Source: an uncultured Actinomycetota bacterium
GTDB taxonomy: Bacteria > Actinomycetota > Actinomycetes > Mycobacteriales > Mycobacteriaceae
Assembly (NCBI GenBank): GCA_963775205.1
Contig: CAVZHV010000002.1
Coordinates: forward strand, 1,174,608 to 1,238,607
DNA: 64,000 bases
Reading direction: 5' to 3'
Shown here: piece after piece, positions 1 to 12,508 of the stretch
Numbering within the stretch: the first letter of the stretch is position 1
How the letters are laid out: each line of letters begins with the position of its first letter
Notes under the pieces: model-generated
The model's database searches: none
Told to the model about the DNA's origin: nothing
The model's input: the letters and a program-made list of their open reading frames with translations, nothing else
Translations under genes and position numbers: made by a program

Positions 1-232
1 AGCTTTCCCGACGACGGGCCGCCGATCTCAGCCTGTCCAGCGCCAGCCTGCTCACCACCGTCGTCAGCCACGCCCGCAGATCGTCGGGTTGCTGCTCGAC
101 GCCCTGCCATCGCAGCCAGGCGTCCTGCACCGCGTCCTCGGCGTCGGCGAACGTCCCGGTGAGCCGGTAGCCCACCGCAAGAAGGTGAGGCCGCAAGGCC
201 TCGAACTCGTCGACCCGCTGCGCTGCGGTCAC
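1..232 (-). CDS. sigJ: ECF RNA polymerase sigma factor SigJ (5' part; runs off window start)
   Basis: Manual translation from GTG at 232: MTAAQRVDEFEALRPHLLAVGYRLTGTFADAEDAVQDAWLRW...LRAWLTTVVSRLALDRLRSAARRRE, typical SigJ region 2; position matches Rv3328c. Confidence 0.85.
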   Translation of the reverse strand, partial: MTAAQRVDEFEALRPHLLAVGYRLTGTFADAEDAVQDAWLRWQGVEQQPDDLRAWLTTVVSRLALDRLRSAARRRES

Positions 233-347
233 GTCGCCCAGCCTATCGAGGCCGCGGCAGGTGTGGATTCCATCGCTAGATTGCGAGCCGGAAAACATAT
301 CCGTTGTAGCAGCGCAGAACCACAACGGAAACCGTAGTCTGCCTGCC

Positions 348-2072
348 ATGAGTAAAGGCGAACTCACCCTCGAACCGGCTCACGAGGGGATGACAGTCGA
401 GAGCAAGGGACTCAAGGGCGGGGCGCTGGGCCTGCTGTCCAGCGTCGTCGTCGGGATGGCCTCCACCGCTCCCGCGTACAGCCTGGCCGCGACGCTCGGT
501 CTGATCGTCGCCAGCGGCGGCGCATTGCTGTCCGGCGTGAAAGCGCCTGCGATCGTGCTGATCTCGTTCATCCCGATGTATCTGATCGCGGTCGCCTACC
601 AGGAGCTCAACAAGGCCGAGCCGGACTGCGGCACCACCTTCACGTGGGCGTCGCGCACCTTCGGGCCGATCGTGGGTTGGCTGGGCGGCTGGGGCATCAT
701 CGCCGCCGACGTGATCGTGATGGCCAACCTCGCGCAGATCGCCGGCGCGTACTCGTTCACGTTCGTCGGCGACCTCGGCTGGCATTCGGCGGCCGAACTG
801 TCCGAGAGCATGTTGTGGTCGACCGTCGCCGGCGTGATCTGGATCGTGGTGATGACCTACATCTGCTACCGCGGCATCGAGGTGTCCGCCCGGTTGCAGT
901 ACGCGCTGCTGTCGATCGAGATCGTCGTGCTGATCATCCTGTCGGTGGTGGCGCTGGTGAAGGTGTACACCCACAACGCCGAGGACTATTCGCTGCTGCC
1001 GTCGTTGTCCTGGTTCTGGCCGGGCGGACTGGACTTCGGCAGCATCATCGCGCCGGCGGTGCTGACGACGATCTTCATCTACTGGGGCTGGGACACCGCG
1101 GTCGCGTGCAACGAGGAATCCGAAGACCCCGGCCGCACGCCGGGACGCGCAGCGGTGATCTCCACCTTCCTGCTGCTGGCAACCTATGCGCTGGTGACAG
1201 TCGCCGCCGTGGCATTCGCCGGTGTCGGCACCGAGGGCATCGGGCTCGGCAACGACGAGAACTCGGCCGACGTGTTCGCGGCGATCGGCCCGGATCTGTT
1301 CGGCGACAGCGTGATTGGGAACATCGGGATGCTGCTGCTGTCCGCGTCGATACTGACGTCGGCGTCCGCGTCGACCCAGACCACGATCCTGCCGACCGCG
1401 CGCACCACGCTGTCGATGGGCGTGTACAAGGCGCTGCCCGACTCGTTCGCCAAGATCCACCGCCGCTACCTCACGCCGAGCGTGTCGACGATCGCGATGG
1501 GCGTGGTGTCGATCATCTTCTACGTGCTGTTCACGCTGATCAGTCAGAACCTGCTGAGCGCGCTGATCGGTTCCGTCGGCCTGATGATCGCCTTCTACTA
1601 CGGCCTGACCGGATTCGCCTGCGTGTGGTTCTACCGCAAGACGCTCAACAGTTCGTTCCGCGACTTCGTGATGCGCGGCGTGGTCCCACTCCTCGGTGGC
1701 GTCTCGCTGACGGTGGTGTTCATCTACGGACTCATCCAGTACGCGAAACCCGACTGGCTGACCGATGACAACGACAACAACGTCACGATCTTCGGGTTCG
1801 GCGCCGTGGCGGTGGTCGGCATCGGCGCGCTGATCCTGGGCGCGATCCTGATGGTGGTGTGGTGGGTGATGGCGCCGCCGTTCTTCCACGGCCGCACGCT
1901 GCCGCGGCGCAGCGCAGACCTGGTCCTCGAACCGGCCACAGCGACGGTCCCGACGTTCGGGTTGCCCGACTCCGGCGACATGCCGACCGTCATCGCGCCC
2001 GACCTGTCCAACCTGCCACCGGGCGAGACGGCCGTCGACCCCGAGACCGGCAAGGAGTTCACCAAGGACTAG
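348..2072 (+). CDS. APC-family amino acid/polyamine permease
   Basis: About 12 hydrophobic segments; GMASTAPAYS and FIYWGWD motifs; start taken at ATG 348. Confidence 0.9.
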   Translation: MSKGELTLEPAHEGMTVESKGLKGGALGLLSSVVVGMASTAPAYSLAATLGLIVASGGALLSGVKAPAIVLISFIPMYLIAVAYQELNKAEPDCGTTFTWASRTFGPIVGWLGGWGIIAADVIVMANLAQIAGAYSFTFVGDLGWHSAAELSESMLWSTVAGVIWIVVMTYICYRGIEVSARLQYALLSIEIVVLIILSVVALVKVYTHNAEDYSLLPSLSWFWPGGLDFGSIIAPAVLTTIFIYWGWDTAVACNEESEDPGRTPGRAAVISTFLLLATYALVTVAAVAFAGVGTEGIGLGNDENSADVFAAIGPDLFGDSVIGNIGMLLLSASILTSASASTQTTILPTARTTLSMGVYKALPDSFAKIHRRYLTPSVSTIAMGVVSIIFYVLFTLISQNLLSALIGSVGLMIAFYYGLTGFACVWFYRKTLNSSFRDFVMRGVVPLLGGVSLTVVFIYGLIQYAKPDWLTDDNDNNVTIFGFGAVAVVGIGALILGAILMVVWWVMAPPFFHGRTLPRRSADLVLEPATATVPTFGLPDSGDMPTVIAPDLSNLPPGETAVDPETGKEFTKD

Positions 2073-2086
2073 GCGCAACGCATGCC

Positions 2087-2147
2087 CACGAGCAGACGCT
2101 AAATCACACAATTCCGGCCTCGGTAATGCGATTCCGCGCCTGCTCGC
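2087..2147. repeat. Palindromic REP-like intergenic element (CGAGCAGACGC...GCGCCTGCTCG)
   Basis: Inverted arms; near-identical copy at 58875-58935. Confidence 0.8.
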
Positions 2148-2252
2148 AGAGATGCCGAGTCGCTACGCATCCGGTAGTTACGGCCGTCTCCTGCAATCGG
2201 ATGCATTGTCTTTAGTTGCCTACGACGACGGAATCCGTGCAGAATCGGATCT

Positions 2253-2780
2253 ATGCCTAATTCCAGCGGACGGATCGGCGTGTCGCCGGTTCAGTTGCGC
2301 GCCGCCACCGCACCGACTTCCGGCCAATCCGGCGTACCGCTCGACGACCTGTCGAAGGCGATCATCGAGAAGCTGCAGGAGGACGGCCGCCGGTCGTACG
2401 CCGGGATCGGCAAGGCGATCGGGTTGTCGGAAGCCGCGGTGCGCCAGCGTGTTCAGCGGCTGATCGACGCGGGCGTGATGCAGATCGTCGCCGTCACCGA
2501 CCCGATGCAGCTGGGGTTCGCCCGCCAGGCGATGATCGCGATCCGTTGCAGCGGCGACACCATCAAGCTCGCCGAGAAGCTGGCCGAGCTGCCGTCGATC
2601 GACTACGTGGTGCTCACCGCCGGCTCGTTCGACGTGATCGCCGAGGTCGTCTGCGAGGACGACAACGATCTGCTGGAACTTCTCAACTCGCAGATCCGCG
2701 CGCTGCCCGGTGTGCTGTCCACCGAGACACTCGTCTACCTCAAACTCGTGAAGCAGCAATACAACTGGGGCACACGATGA
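2253..2780 (+). CDS. Lrp/AsnC family transcriptional regulator
   Basis: LDDLSKAIIEKLQEDGRRSYAGIGKAIGLSEAAVRQRVQRL HTH followed by RAM domain. Confidence 0.92.
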   Translation: MPNSSGRIGVSPVQLRAATAPTSGQSGVPLDDLSKAIIEKLQEDGRRSYAGIGKAIGLSEAAVRQRVQRLIDAGVMQIVAVTDPMQLGFARQAMIAIRCSGDTIKLAEKLAELPSIDYVVLTAGSFDVIAEVVCEDDNDLLELLNSQIRALPGVLSTETLVYLKLVKQQYNWGTR

Positions 2781-4162
2781 CGATTGCCGATACCTCTCAA
2801 GACATTTCAGCCGAACTGTCGGCCAAGGCCGACCGCCACCTGTGGGGCCACTTCGCGCGGCACGGCGCCGGCATCACGCCGCCGATCATCACTCGCGGTG
2901 AGGGCGTGCGGATTTGGGACAGCCACGGCAAGAGTTACCTCGACGGGTTGTCCGGCCTGTTCGTCGTCCAGGTCGGCCATGGGCGTGCAGAACTGGCCGA
3001 CGCCGCCGCCAGGCAGGCCAAGCAGCTCGAGTTCTTTCCGCTGTGGTCGTATGCCACGCCGCCGGCGATCGAGCTGGCCGAGCGGCTGGCCCGTTACGCT
3101 CCGGGCGACCTGAACCGGGTGTTCTTCACCACCGGCGGCGGCGAGGCGGTGGAAACGGCGTGGAAGCTGGCCAAGCAGTACTTCAAGCTCACCGGGAAAC
3201 CCCATAAATACAAAGTGATTTCGCGGTCCATCGCCTATCACGGCACCCCGCACGGCGCCCTCGCGATCACCGGCCTGCCGGCCTTCAAGATGCCGTTCGA
3301 ACCGCTTCCGCCCGGCGGCTTTCGCGTGCCCAACACCAACTTCTACCGCGCCCCGGTGCCTCATGACAGCGACGTCAAGGAGTTCGGCCAGTGGGCGGCC
3401 GACCGGATCGCCGAGGCGATCGAACACGAGGGCCCGGACACGGTCGCAGCGGTGTTCCTCGAACCCGTGCAGAACGCGGGCGGCTGCTTCCCGCCTCCCC
3501 CAGGCTATTTCGAGCGGGTACGCGAAATCTGCGACGAGTACGACGTGTTGCTGGTCTCCGACGAGGTGATCTGTGCATTCGGCCGGATCGGCTCGATGTT
3601 CGCGTGCGACGACTTCGGCTACGTGCCGGACATGATCACCTGCGCGAAGGGCATGAGTTCGGGCTACTCGCCGATCGGCGCGATGATCGCCTCGGACCGG
3701 CTCTTCGAACCGTTCAACGACGGCAAGACCACGTTCACGCACGGCTACACGTTCGGCGGGCACCCGGTGTCGGCCGCGGTCTCGCTGGCCAACCTCGACA
3801 TCTTCGAGCGCGAAGGACTCAACGACCACGTGAAGGAGAACGCTCCGGCGTTCCGCTCCACGCTGGAGAAGCTCTACGACCTGCCGATCATCGGCGACGT
3901 GCGCGGAGAGGGCTTCTTCTACGGCATCGAGTTGGTGAAGGACAAGGCCACCAAGGAGACCTTCGACGACGACGAATGCGAGCGGCTGCTGCGCGGCTTC
4001 CTGTCGTCGGCGCTGATGGACGTCGGCCTGTACTGCCGCGCCGACGACCGAGGCGACCCGGTGGTGCAATTGGCGCCCCCGCTGATCAGCGGCCAGGACG
4101 TGTTCGACGAGATCGAACAGAAGCTGCGCCACGTGCTCTCGGAGGCGTGGCGGCGGCTGTAG
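2777..4162 (+). CDS. Class-III PLP aminotransferase (Rv3329-like)
   Basis: YLDGLSGL, FFTTGGGEAVE, DEVICAFGR, PDMITCAKG motifs; ATGA overlap with the Lrp stop. Confidence 0.92.
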   Translation: MTIADTSQDISAELSAKADRHLWGHFARHGAGITPPIITRGEGVRIWDSHGKSYLDGLSGLFVVQVGHGRAELADAAARQAKQLEFFPLWSYATPPAIELAERLARYAPGDLNRVFFTTGGGEAVETAWKLAKQYFKLTGKPHKYKVISRSIAYHGTPHGALAITGLPAFKMPFEPLPPGGFRVPNTNFYRAPVPHDSDVKEFGQWAADRIAEAIEHEGPDTVAAVFLEPVQNAGGCFPPPPGYFERVREICDEYDVLLVSDEVICAFGRIGSMFACDDFGYVPDMITCAKGMSSGYSPIGAMIASDRLFEPFNDGKTTFTHGYTFGGHPVSAAVSLANLDIFEREGLNDHVKENAPAFRSTLEKLYDLPIIGDVRGEGFFYGIELVKDKATKETFDDDECERLLRGFLSSALMDVGLYCRADDRGDPVVQLAPPLISGQDVFDEIEQKLRHVLSEAWRRL

Positions 4163-4241
4163 GTCATATACCGAGCTGTAACCGCGCGGCGGCGGGTCGT
4201 GACCGCTGCCGTGATCATCGTCGGAGTAACCTGCGTCTTCG

Positions 4242-5501
4242 ATGGGTGGGCTCAAGTGTGCGTGGCGGCGCGTGTTGTGCGCGGCCTCTGCTGGTGTGCT
4301 GGTGGGGTTTCCGACGCTGGTCAGCCTGCCCGTCGCGGCCGCTGAGCCCGTCGCCTCCCCGGACACCACGTCGTGCCCGTACCGGGTGACCACCCCGCCT
4401 GCGGTCGACGAATCCGAGGTCCCGGTCGCCGGGGATCCGCCCCAGCCGCTGCCGGTGTCGGCCAAGCCGGTCGGCGGCGACGCGCTGAGCGGCTGCGGGG
4501 TGATCGTCGCACCGAACACGCCGCCGCTGCCCGACGACATCTCAGCCGAGGCCTGGCTGGTCGCCGACCTGGACACCGGCGAGGTGATCGCGGCGAAGGA
4601 TCCGCACGGCCGGCACCGGCCCGCGAGCATCATCAAGGTGCTCGTGGCGATGCAGGCGATCAACGAGCTCGGCGTCGGCAAGTTGGTCACCGGCACCGCC
4701 GAGGACGGCAACGCCGAAGGCACCCGGGTGGGCGTCGACCAGGGCGGCAGCTACACCGTGTACCAGCTGCTGCACGGCCTGCTGATGCACTCCGGCAACG
4801 ACGCGGCGCATGCGCTGGCGATGCAGCTGGGCGGCATGGACACCGCGCTCGACAAGATCAACTCGCTGGCGCGCAAGCTGGGCGCCACCGACACCCGCGC
4901 CGCCACACCGTCCGGCCTGGACGGCCCGGGCATGAGCACCTCGGCCTACGACATGGGGCTGTTCTACCGGTACGCCTGGCAGAACCCGATTTTCGCGCAG
5001 GTCGTCGCGACCCGGACGTTCGAGTTCCCCGGCCACCCGGCCCGCGGCGACATCCCCGACGACACCCCGCATCCGCCGTACACGCTCGAGAACGACAACC
5101 AGCTGCTGTACAACTATCCCGGCGCACTCGGCGGCAAGACCGGCTACACCGACGACGCCGGGCAGACGTTCGTCGGCGCGGCCGAGCGCGACGGCCGGCG
5201 CCTGGTCGCGGTGCTGTTGCGCGGCACCCGGCAGCCGATCCCGCCGTGGCAGCAGGCCGCGCATCTGCTGGACTACGGATTCGCCACGCCGCGCGGCACC
5301 AAGGTCGGCACCTTGGTCGAACCGGATCCGTCACTGGTGCCGAAACCGTCGAGCGACAGCCAGCCCTCCGCCGCCGGCCCCGGCCTGCCCGCCGCCATGA
5401 ACGAGCTGCCGGTGCGGGTGGGAGTCGCGCTCGTCGGCACGATGATCGTGTTCGGCTTGATCTTCGCGGCGCGGTCGATCAACCGTCGCACGCAGAGCTG
5501 A
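4242..5501 (+). CDS. dacB1: D-alanyl-D-alanine carboxypeptidase
   Basis: SxxK (SIIK), SGN and KTG motifs, signal peptide and C-terminal TM; syntenic with Rv3330; start uncertain. Confidence 0.88.
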   Translation: MGGLKCAWRRVLCAASAGVLVGFPTLVSLPVAAAEPVASPDTTSCPYRVTTPPAVDESEVPVAGDPPQPLPVSAKPVGGDALSGCGVIVAPNTPPLPDDISAEAWLVADLDTGEVIAAKDPHGRHRPASIIKVLVAMQAINELGVGKLVTGTAEDGNAEGTRVGVDQGGSYTVYQLLHGLLMHSGNDAAHALAMQLGGMDTALDKINSLARKLGATDTRAATPSGLDGPGMSTSAYDMGLFYRYAWQNPIFAQVVATRTFEFPGHPARGDIPDDTPHPPYTLENDNQLLYNYPGALGGKTGYTDDAGQTFVGAAERDGRRLVAVLLRGTRQPIPPWQQAAHLLDYGFATPRGTKVGTLVEPDPSLVPKPSSDSQPSAAGPGLPAAMNELPVRVGVALVGTMIVFGLIFAARSINRRTQS

Positions 5502-5590
5502 AGCGCGCCTATCGCGCCGAACGGCGTCAGCGCCGCGGCCGAATCCTCGGCATAATGCTGTCCTATTACTGGCGATAGCGGAGTTTCGAC

Positions 5591-6556
5591 GTGAAGGTCG
5601 GGCTTTATTTCGATTTGCGGAATCCGGCGCGTTGGCGCCAGGATCCCGCTCGCTTGCACGCTTTTACGCTCGAAGCGATCGAAGAAGCCGAGTATTTGGG
5701 CATCGACTCGATCTGGTTGTCAGAGCATCACCTGTTCTCCGACGACTACGTTGCGACGCCGTTGACGTTTCTGGCCGCAGCGGCCGCGCGCACATCTCGC
5801 GTTCGTCTCGGCACCGCGGTGGTGCTGGCACCGCTGCACCATCCCGTAGAGATCGCCGAGCAGGCCACGATGGTCGACCTGATCTCAAGTGGCCGCCTGG
5901 AACTCGGGCTGGGCACCGGATACCGGGTGCCCGAGTACGAGTTGTTCGGCGCGGACCTGCGCCGCCGGTACGCCCAGACCGACGCGACGGCCACAGAGGT
6001 TCGTCGCCTACTGGCGCCGGGCGGGGTGACGCCGCAACCGGTGCAGGCAGAAGTCCCGATCTGGATGGGATACCAAGGCCCGAAGGGAGCGCGGCGGGCC
6101 GGTCTGCTCGGCACCGGGTTGCTCTCGGCCGACTCTCGCAACTGGCCCCACTACCGCGACGGCCTGGTAGCCGGCGGACATGACGTCGGCGGCGCCCGGA
6201 TGGCCGGATGGATAAACACCTGGGTAAGCGAAGACCCGGAAGCGGACTGGCCCATGGTGCGGGTGCACATGGCTCACCAGTTCGACACCTACGCCGGCCA
6301 TGGCGTCGAAGCCACCGGCCGGCCGGCGCCACCGCCGGTTGATCCCGAGCGAGTCCGTGTCGGCACCACCGACCAACTCCTCGGCTATTTCTGGTGCGAT
6401 GAGCCCGCCACGGTCGCCGACAAGATCAACGCCTACACCGCCGACGCACCAGTGGAGACAGTGTTGATCTTCGCCTCGCTGGCCGGTATGGCAGAGCCGA
6501 TGGTCATCCGGCACATTCAGACCATTGCCTGCAAATTGGCTCCATTGCTCGCCTGA
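5591..6556 (+). CDS. LLM-class flavin-dependent oxidoreductase
   Basis: WLSEHH, AAARTSRVRLGTAVVLAPLHHP, SSGRLELGLGTGYR motifs. Confidence 0.9.
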   Translation: MKVGLYFDLRNPARWRQDPARLHAFTLEAIEEAEYLGIDSIWLSEHHLFSDDYVATPLTFLAAAAARTSRVRLGTAVVLAPLHHPVEIAEQATMVDLISSGRLELGLGTGYRVPEYELFGADLRRRYAQTDATATEVRRLLAPGGVTPQPVQAEVPIWMGYQGPKGARRAGLLGTGLLSADSRNWPHYRDGLVAGGHDVGGARMAGWINTWVSEDPEADWPMVRVHMAHQFDTYAGHGVEATGRPAPPPVDPERVRVGTTDQLLGYFWCDEPATVADKINAYTADAPVETVLIFASLAGMAEPMVIRHIQTIACKLAPLLA

Positions 6557-6696
6557 GTGTTTTCCGCCAATTGGCTGTGAACTCCCTGTCGAAAAATTCG
6601 CATTCGAATTCAGGTGTAACGGTTCACCCCTTTCGACGAACCTACTTTCCGTACGCGCAGTCGGAAGGCTGCAACAACCCGGAAGGAAACAATCAC

Positions 6697-6978
6697 ATGC
6701 GGCTTACACGGCTCGGCACAGCACAATTAATTGCGGGTATCGGCATTGCGATCGCCGTGACCATCGCGCCGGCGGCTGCCGCGGCCCCGGGTGGCCTGCA
6801 TACCGACACGCCCTCGCAGCCCCAGCCGGCGCCGGCTCAGCCTGCACCTGCGCAGAGGCAGGCGCCGTCCGGTCCGGTAACGCGCCCCACACAACAGCAG
6901 CACGATCCGAACCGGGCGCGGTCCATTCCTGCCCCGTCAGTGCCCGTGGCACCTGCGCAACGCCACACGGCGAACTGA
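6697..6978 (+). CDS. Small secreted Pro/Gln-rich hypothetical protein
   Basis: GGAAGGA RBS; signal peptide ending APAAAAA; PQPAPAQPAPAQ tract. Confidence 0.6.
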   Translation: MRLTRLGTAQLIAGIGIAIAVTIAPAAAAAPGGLHTDTPSQPQPAPAQPAPAQRQAPSGPVTRPTQQQHDPNRARSIPAPSVPVAPAQRHTAN

Positions 6979-6987
6979 CCGCTTCTG

Positions 6988-7049
6988 TGCCGAACGTGCA
7001 ACCATGGCGAGAAATCGGCCGGATTTCCGCCGTGGGCGCACGTTCGGCG
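6988..7049. repeat. 62-bp palindromic REP-like element
   Basis: GCCGAACGTGC...GCACGTTCGGC arms, between convergent genes. Confidence 0.75.
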
Positions 7050-8081
7050 TCAACGTCGTCGTCGCAACACCCGTGAAAGCCCCAGTCCCCCAAGGGCTCC
7101 CAGCGCACCGGCGACGAACGCCGCGCGCAGGCCGATGCCCTCGGAGCGCAGGTCCCGCGGCGCGATCACCGCGACGTCCGGAGGCGTAACCGGTACTGCC
7201 GCAAGGTTTTCCGCCGACGTGGCAGCCCATGCGGTCGCGAACAGCACCAGCCTCGCGGTGATGTAGGCGAAGACCAGCAGCCCCAGCACCGGGCCGAACG
7301 TCGCACCTGCCGGACCGTGCATGATGATCCTGAGGTACACCGAGCCGAGCTGCTTGAACACCTCGAACCCGACGGCCACCATCAGCCCGGCGCGCGCTGC
7401 GCTTCGCAGACTCAGCGACTCGCGTGGCAGCCGCGCGATCATCCATGTGAACAGCAGCCAGGAGATCAGCAGCGACATCAGCACCGACGCGATCTGCAGC
7501 AGCACGCCGACCCCTGGCACGTCCTGAAGACCCAACCAGCCCAACACCGTTCGCATCAGGCCGCTGCTTGAGACCGCCGTCAGCCCCACCGTGACGACGA
7601 GCGCCCCGAACGTCGACAGCAGCGCCCACAGGTCGGAGAATTTGGTGCGCACGAAGCCGCCCGGCTCATGGCGCTGTTCCCACATCGCGGTCAACGCCTC
7701 ACGCAGGTTCGCCATCCAGCCCAGCCCCACCCACAGCGCGATGGCCAAGCCGATGATGCCCACGGAAGTCCGCGAATCGATTGCGGCCTCGATCAACTCG
7801 ACCAGTTGGCGCCCCAGGTCGCCCGACACGGTCTCTTTGATCTTGTCGTCGATTTCGGTTAGCACGTCAGGCTGGCGCGACAGCACGAACCCGGCGATCG
7901 AGAACGCGACCATCAGCAACGGAAACAGCGCGAACACCGTGAAGTAGGTGATGCCGGCTGCGAAGAAGTCACCCTTGCTGTCGCGGTAGCGCTCCTGCGC
8001 CCGCATCAGGTGGTCGAACCACCCGTAGCGGGCCCGCAGCCGGTCGAGAAATCCCGGCTTCTCGGGGTATTTCTCGGGCAA
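7050..8081 (-). CDS. YihY/BrkB family inner membrane protein (YhjD/Rv3335c-like)
   Basis: AAGITYFTVFALFPLL, GLGWMANLREAL and FGPVLGLLVFAY motifs. Confidence 0.88.
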   Translation of the reverse strand: MPEKYPEKPGFLDRLRARYGWFDHLMRAQERYRDSKGDFFAAGITYFTVFALFPLLMVAFSIAGFVLSRQPDVLTEIDDKIKETVSGDLGRQLVELIEAAIDSRTSVGIIGLAIALWVGLGWMANLREALTAMWEQRHEPGGFVRTKFSDLWALLSTFGALVVTVGLTAVSSSGLMRTVLGWLGLQDVPGVGVLLQIASVLMSLLISWLLFTWMIARLPRESLSLRSAARAGLMVAVGFEVFKQLGSVYLRIIMHGPAGATFGPVLGLLVFAYITARLVLFATAWAATSAENLAAVPVTPPDVAVIAPRDLRSEGIGLRAAFVAGALGALGGLGLSRVLRRRR

Positions 8082-8093
8082 GGGCCGCCTCCC

Positions 8094-10048
<1,955 letters not shown>

Positions 10049-10050
10049 CC

Positions 10051-11100
10051 GTGCGCCGGATTCTCGTACTGTTTGCCGTCGTGGCCACCGTGCTGGCCGG
10101 CTGCGGTGGCAAGGACAAGGACGACGAGGCCGGCGGCTCCCGCGCCGTCGTGATCGTGTCCGGCGGCGTGGCGACGAGCCCGTTCACCACACCCGACCAG
10201 GCCTGTGCGATCGGGTTGGCGGCCGGCAACACCGACACCGCGATCCGCGAGTACCTGCTGAAGCAGGGCCACGTCGTATACACCTCCCCGGCGATGGCCG
10301 GCCGCGGCCCGGTGACCGACCAGACCGGCTTTGGGGCGTTCGCGGCCTGCCCGATCACCCTGCCCGAGAACATGACCGTCAACTCGGTGGGCAGCATCGA
10401 CACCGCGGGCGAACGGCTGGCCCGCTTCCTGACCTACCTGCACACCGACAAGGGCGTCGACGAGATCGACCTTGTCGGGCACTCGATGGGCGGCCTGTAC
10501 TCGCGGTCGGCCATCCGCGTGCTGACCACCACGTTGTCGCCTGTCCGGATCCGCTCGCTGACCACGATCGGCACGCCGTGGCAGGGGTCGTATCTGTCCG
10601 ACTACGCCAACGACGCGATCCCGCTGAGCGACTGCGCGGGCGACCAGTTCTGCGAGAACGCGATGCGCAACTTCAAGGCCGAGGTGCTGCAGCTGGTGTC
10701 CGGCTCGGGCCGCGAGGTCAACCGCGCCTACCTGACGGGCAAGGACGGCTGGAACGACTTTCAGGCCGGCGTTCTCGACCGCATTCCGGTGGTGCTGATC
10801 GGCGGCAACAAGTTCACCAAGTCCGGGCCGGTCAACGCGGCGGTATGGCCCAACGACGGCATCGTCGCGCTGCAGAGCGCGCTGGCCACCGACGTGGGCG
10901 ACCCTGTGCTGCCGCACCGCCGGTGCTACACCTTCGAGGACACCCACAGCATTTACGTCTCCGACCAGGCCAAGCTTCCCGAACCGACGGCGCTGACGTG
11001 GGATCCGCGGGTGTTCGATGTGCTACGCACCGCGATCGACGACGCACCCAAGGCACTCGAGCGGCCGACGCGGGAGGGCTGTCCCGCCCCGACCGGCTAG
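10051..11100 (+). CDS. Lipoprotein lipase/esterase (alpha/beta hydrolase)
   Basis: Lipobox LAGC after GTG 10051; [19 protein letters not shown]. Confidence 0.82.
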   Translation: MRRILVLFAVVATVLAGCGGKDKDDEAGGSRAVVIVSGGVATSPFTTPDQACAIGLAAGNTDTAIREYLLKQGHVVYTSPAMAGRGPVTDQTGFGAFAACPITLPENMTVNSVGSIDTAGERLARFLTYLHTDKGVDEIDLVGHSMGGLYSRSAIRVLTTTLSPVRIRSLTTIGTPWQGSYLSDYANDAIPLSDCAGDQFCENAMRNFKAEVLQLVSGSGREVNRAYLTGKDGWNDFQAGVLDRIPVVLIGGNKFTKSGPVNAAVWPNDGIVALQSALATDVGDPVLPHRRCYTFEDTHSIYVSDQAKLPEPTALTWDPRVFDVLRTAIDDAPKALERPTREGCPAPTG

Positions 11101-12323
11101 CCCTCGGCCAGCACCCTCTTCAGGTTGTCTTCGAGCGCGGCCATGAATTCCTCTGTGGTGAGCCACTTTTGGTTGGGCCCGATGAGCAGCGCGAGGTCCT
11201 TGGTCATCTGCCCGCTCTCGACGGTTTCGATGACCACGTGCTCCACCTTCTGCGCGAACTCCACGACCTCGGGGGTGTCGTCGAGCTTGCCGCGGTGATC
11301 GAGCGCGCGGGTCCACGCGAAGATCGATGCGATCGGGTTCGTCGACGTGGGCTTGCCCGCCTGGTGCTGACGGAAGTGCCGCGTCACCGTGCCGTGCGCA
11401 GCCTCGGCTTCGACGATCTTGCCGTCCGGCGTCATCAGCACCGACGTCATCAGGCCCAGCGATCCGTAGCCCTGCGCGACGCTGTCGGACTGGACGTCGC
11501 CGTCGTAGTTCTTGCACGCCCAGACGTAGCCGCCCTCCCACTTCAGCGCCGAAGCGACCATGTCGTCAATCAACCGGTGCTCGTAGGTCAGCCCGTTCTT
11601 CTCGAAGTCCTGTTTGAACTCCTCGTCGTAGATGCGCTGGAACTCGTCTTTGAACATGCCGTCGTAGGCCTTGAGGATCGTGTTCTTGGTCGACAGGTAG
11701 ACCGGGTAGCGCTCCTTGAGCCCGTACTTGAACGTCGCGCGGGCGAAGTCCTGGATCGACTTCTTGAAGTTGTACATGCCCATGATCACGCCGCCGTCCT
11801 CTGGAATGTGGACGACCTCCTGCTGGATGGGCTCGCTGCCGTCGTCGGGAGTGAACGTGATCGTGAACGTGCCCGGGCGGTCGACCGAGAAGTTCTCGGC
11901 GCGGTACTGATCGCCGAATGCATGCCGGCCGATGATGATCGGCTTGGTCCAGCCGGGCACCAGCCGCGGGACGTTGTTGATCACGATGGGTGCGCGGAAG
12001 ATGGTGCCGCCCAAGATGTTTCGGATGGTGCCGTTAGGCGACAGCCACAGCTTCTTGAGGTTGAACTCCTTGACGCGCGCTTCGTCGGGCGTGATGGTGG
12101 CGCACTTGACGCCGACGCCGTGCTTCTGGATCGCATGTGCAGCATCGATGGTCACCTGGTCGTCGGTCTCGTCGCGGTGTTCGATGCCCAGGTCGTAGTA
12201 CTCCAGGTCGATGTCGAGGTAGGGCAGGATCAGCGTGTCCTTGATGAGCTTCCAGATGATCCGGGTCATCTCGTCGCCGTCGAGTTCTACGACCGTGCCC
12301 TCGACCTTGATCTTGCTGGACAT
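11097..12323 (-). CDS. icd1: NADP-dependent isocitrate dehydrogenase, dimeric type
   Basis: [48 protein letters not shown]. Confidence 0.96.
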   Translation of the reverse strand: MSSKIKVEGTVVELDGDEMTRIIWKLIKDTLILPYLDIDLEYYDLGIEHRDETDDQVTIDAAHAIQKHGVGVKCATITPDEARVKEFNLKKLWLSPNGTIRNILGGTIFRAPIVINNVPRLVPGWTKPIIIGRHAFGDQYRAENFSVDRPGTFTITFTPDDGSEPIQQEVVHIPEDGGVIMGMYNFKKSIQDFARATFKYGLKERYPVYLSTKNTILKAYDGMFKDEFQRIYDEEFKQDFEKNGLTYEHRLIDDMVASALKWEGGYVWACKNYDGDVQSDSVAQGYGSLGLMTSVLMTPDGKIVEAEAAHGTVTRHFRQHQAGKPTSTNPIASIFAWTRALDHRGKLDDTPEVVEFAQKVEHVVIETVESGQMTKDLALLIGPNQKWLTTEEFMAALEDNLKRVLAEG

Positions 12324-12508
12324 GTCAGTCCGATCCTCCTACGCGTGCCGACGACGTTGCGGGCGGCTCGCGTGCCACACTACAAGGGCCGGATCGCGCT
12401 CAGAGGTCCAGCATTTCGTTACTGATCAGTAGCGTTTTCGACGCGTTCGGTGTCAGCAGCGCGCCGCCTCCAGCGCTGAAATCGATTCGCTCCTCCGGCG
12501 CCCCGGGC

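Noticed and set aside
276-2111. Long antisense and alternate-frame ORFs (also 2807-4723, 12944-14965, 27273-29504, 57191-58945)
   Set aside because: They shadow well-supported genes, have Arg/Gly/His-rich nonsense composition and are expected from high-GC codon bias
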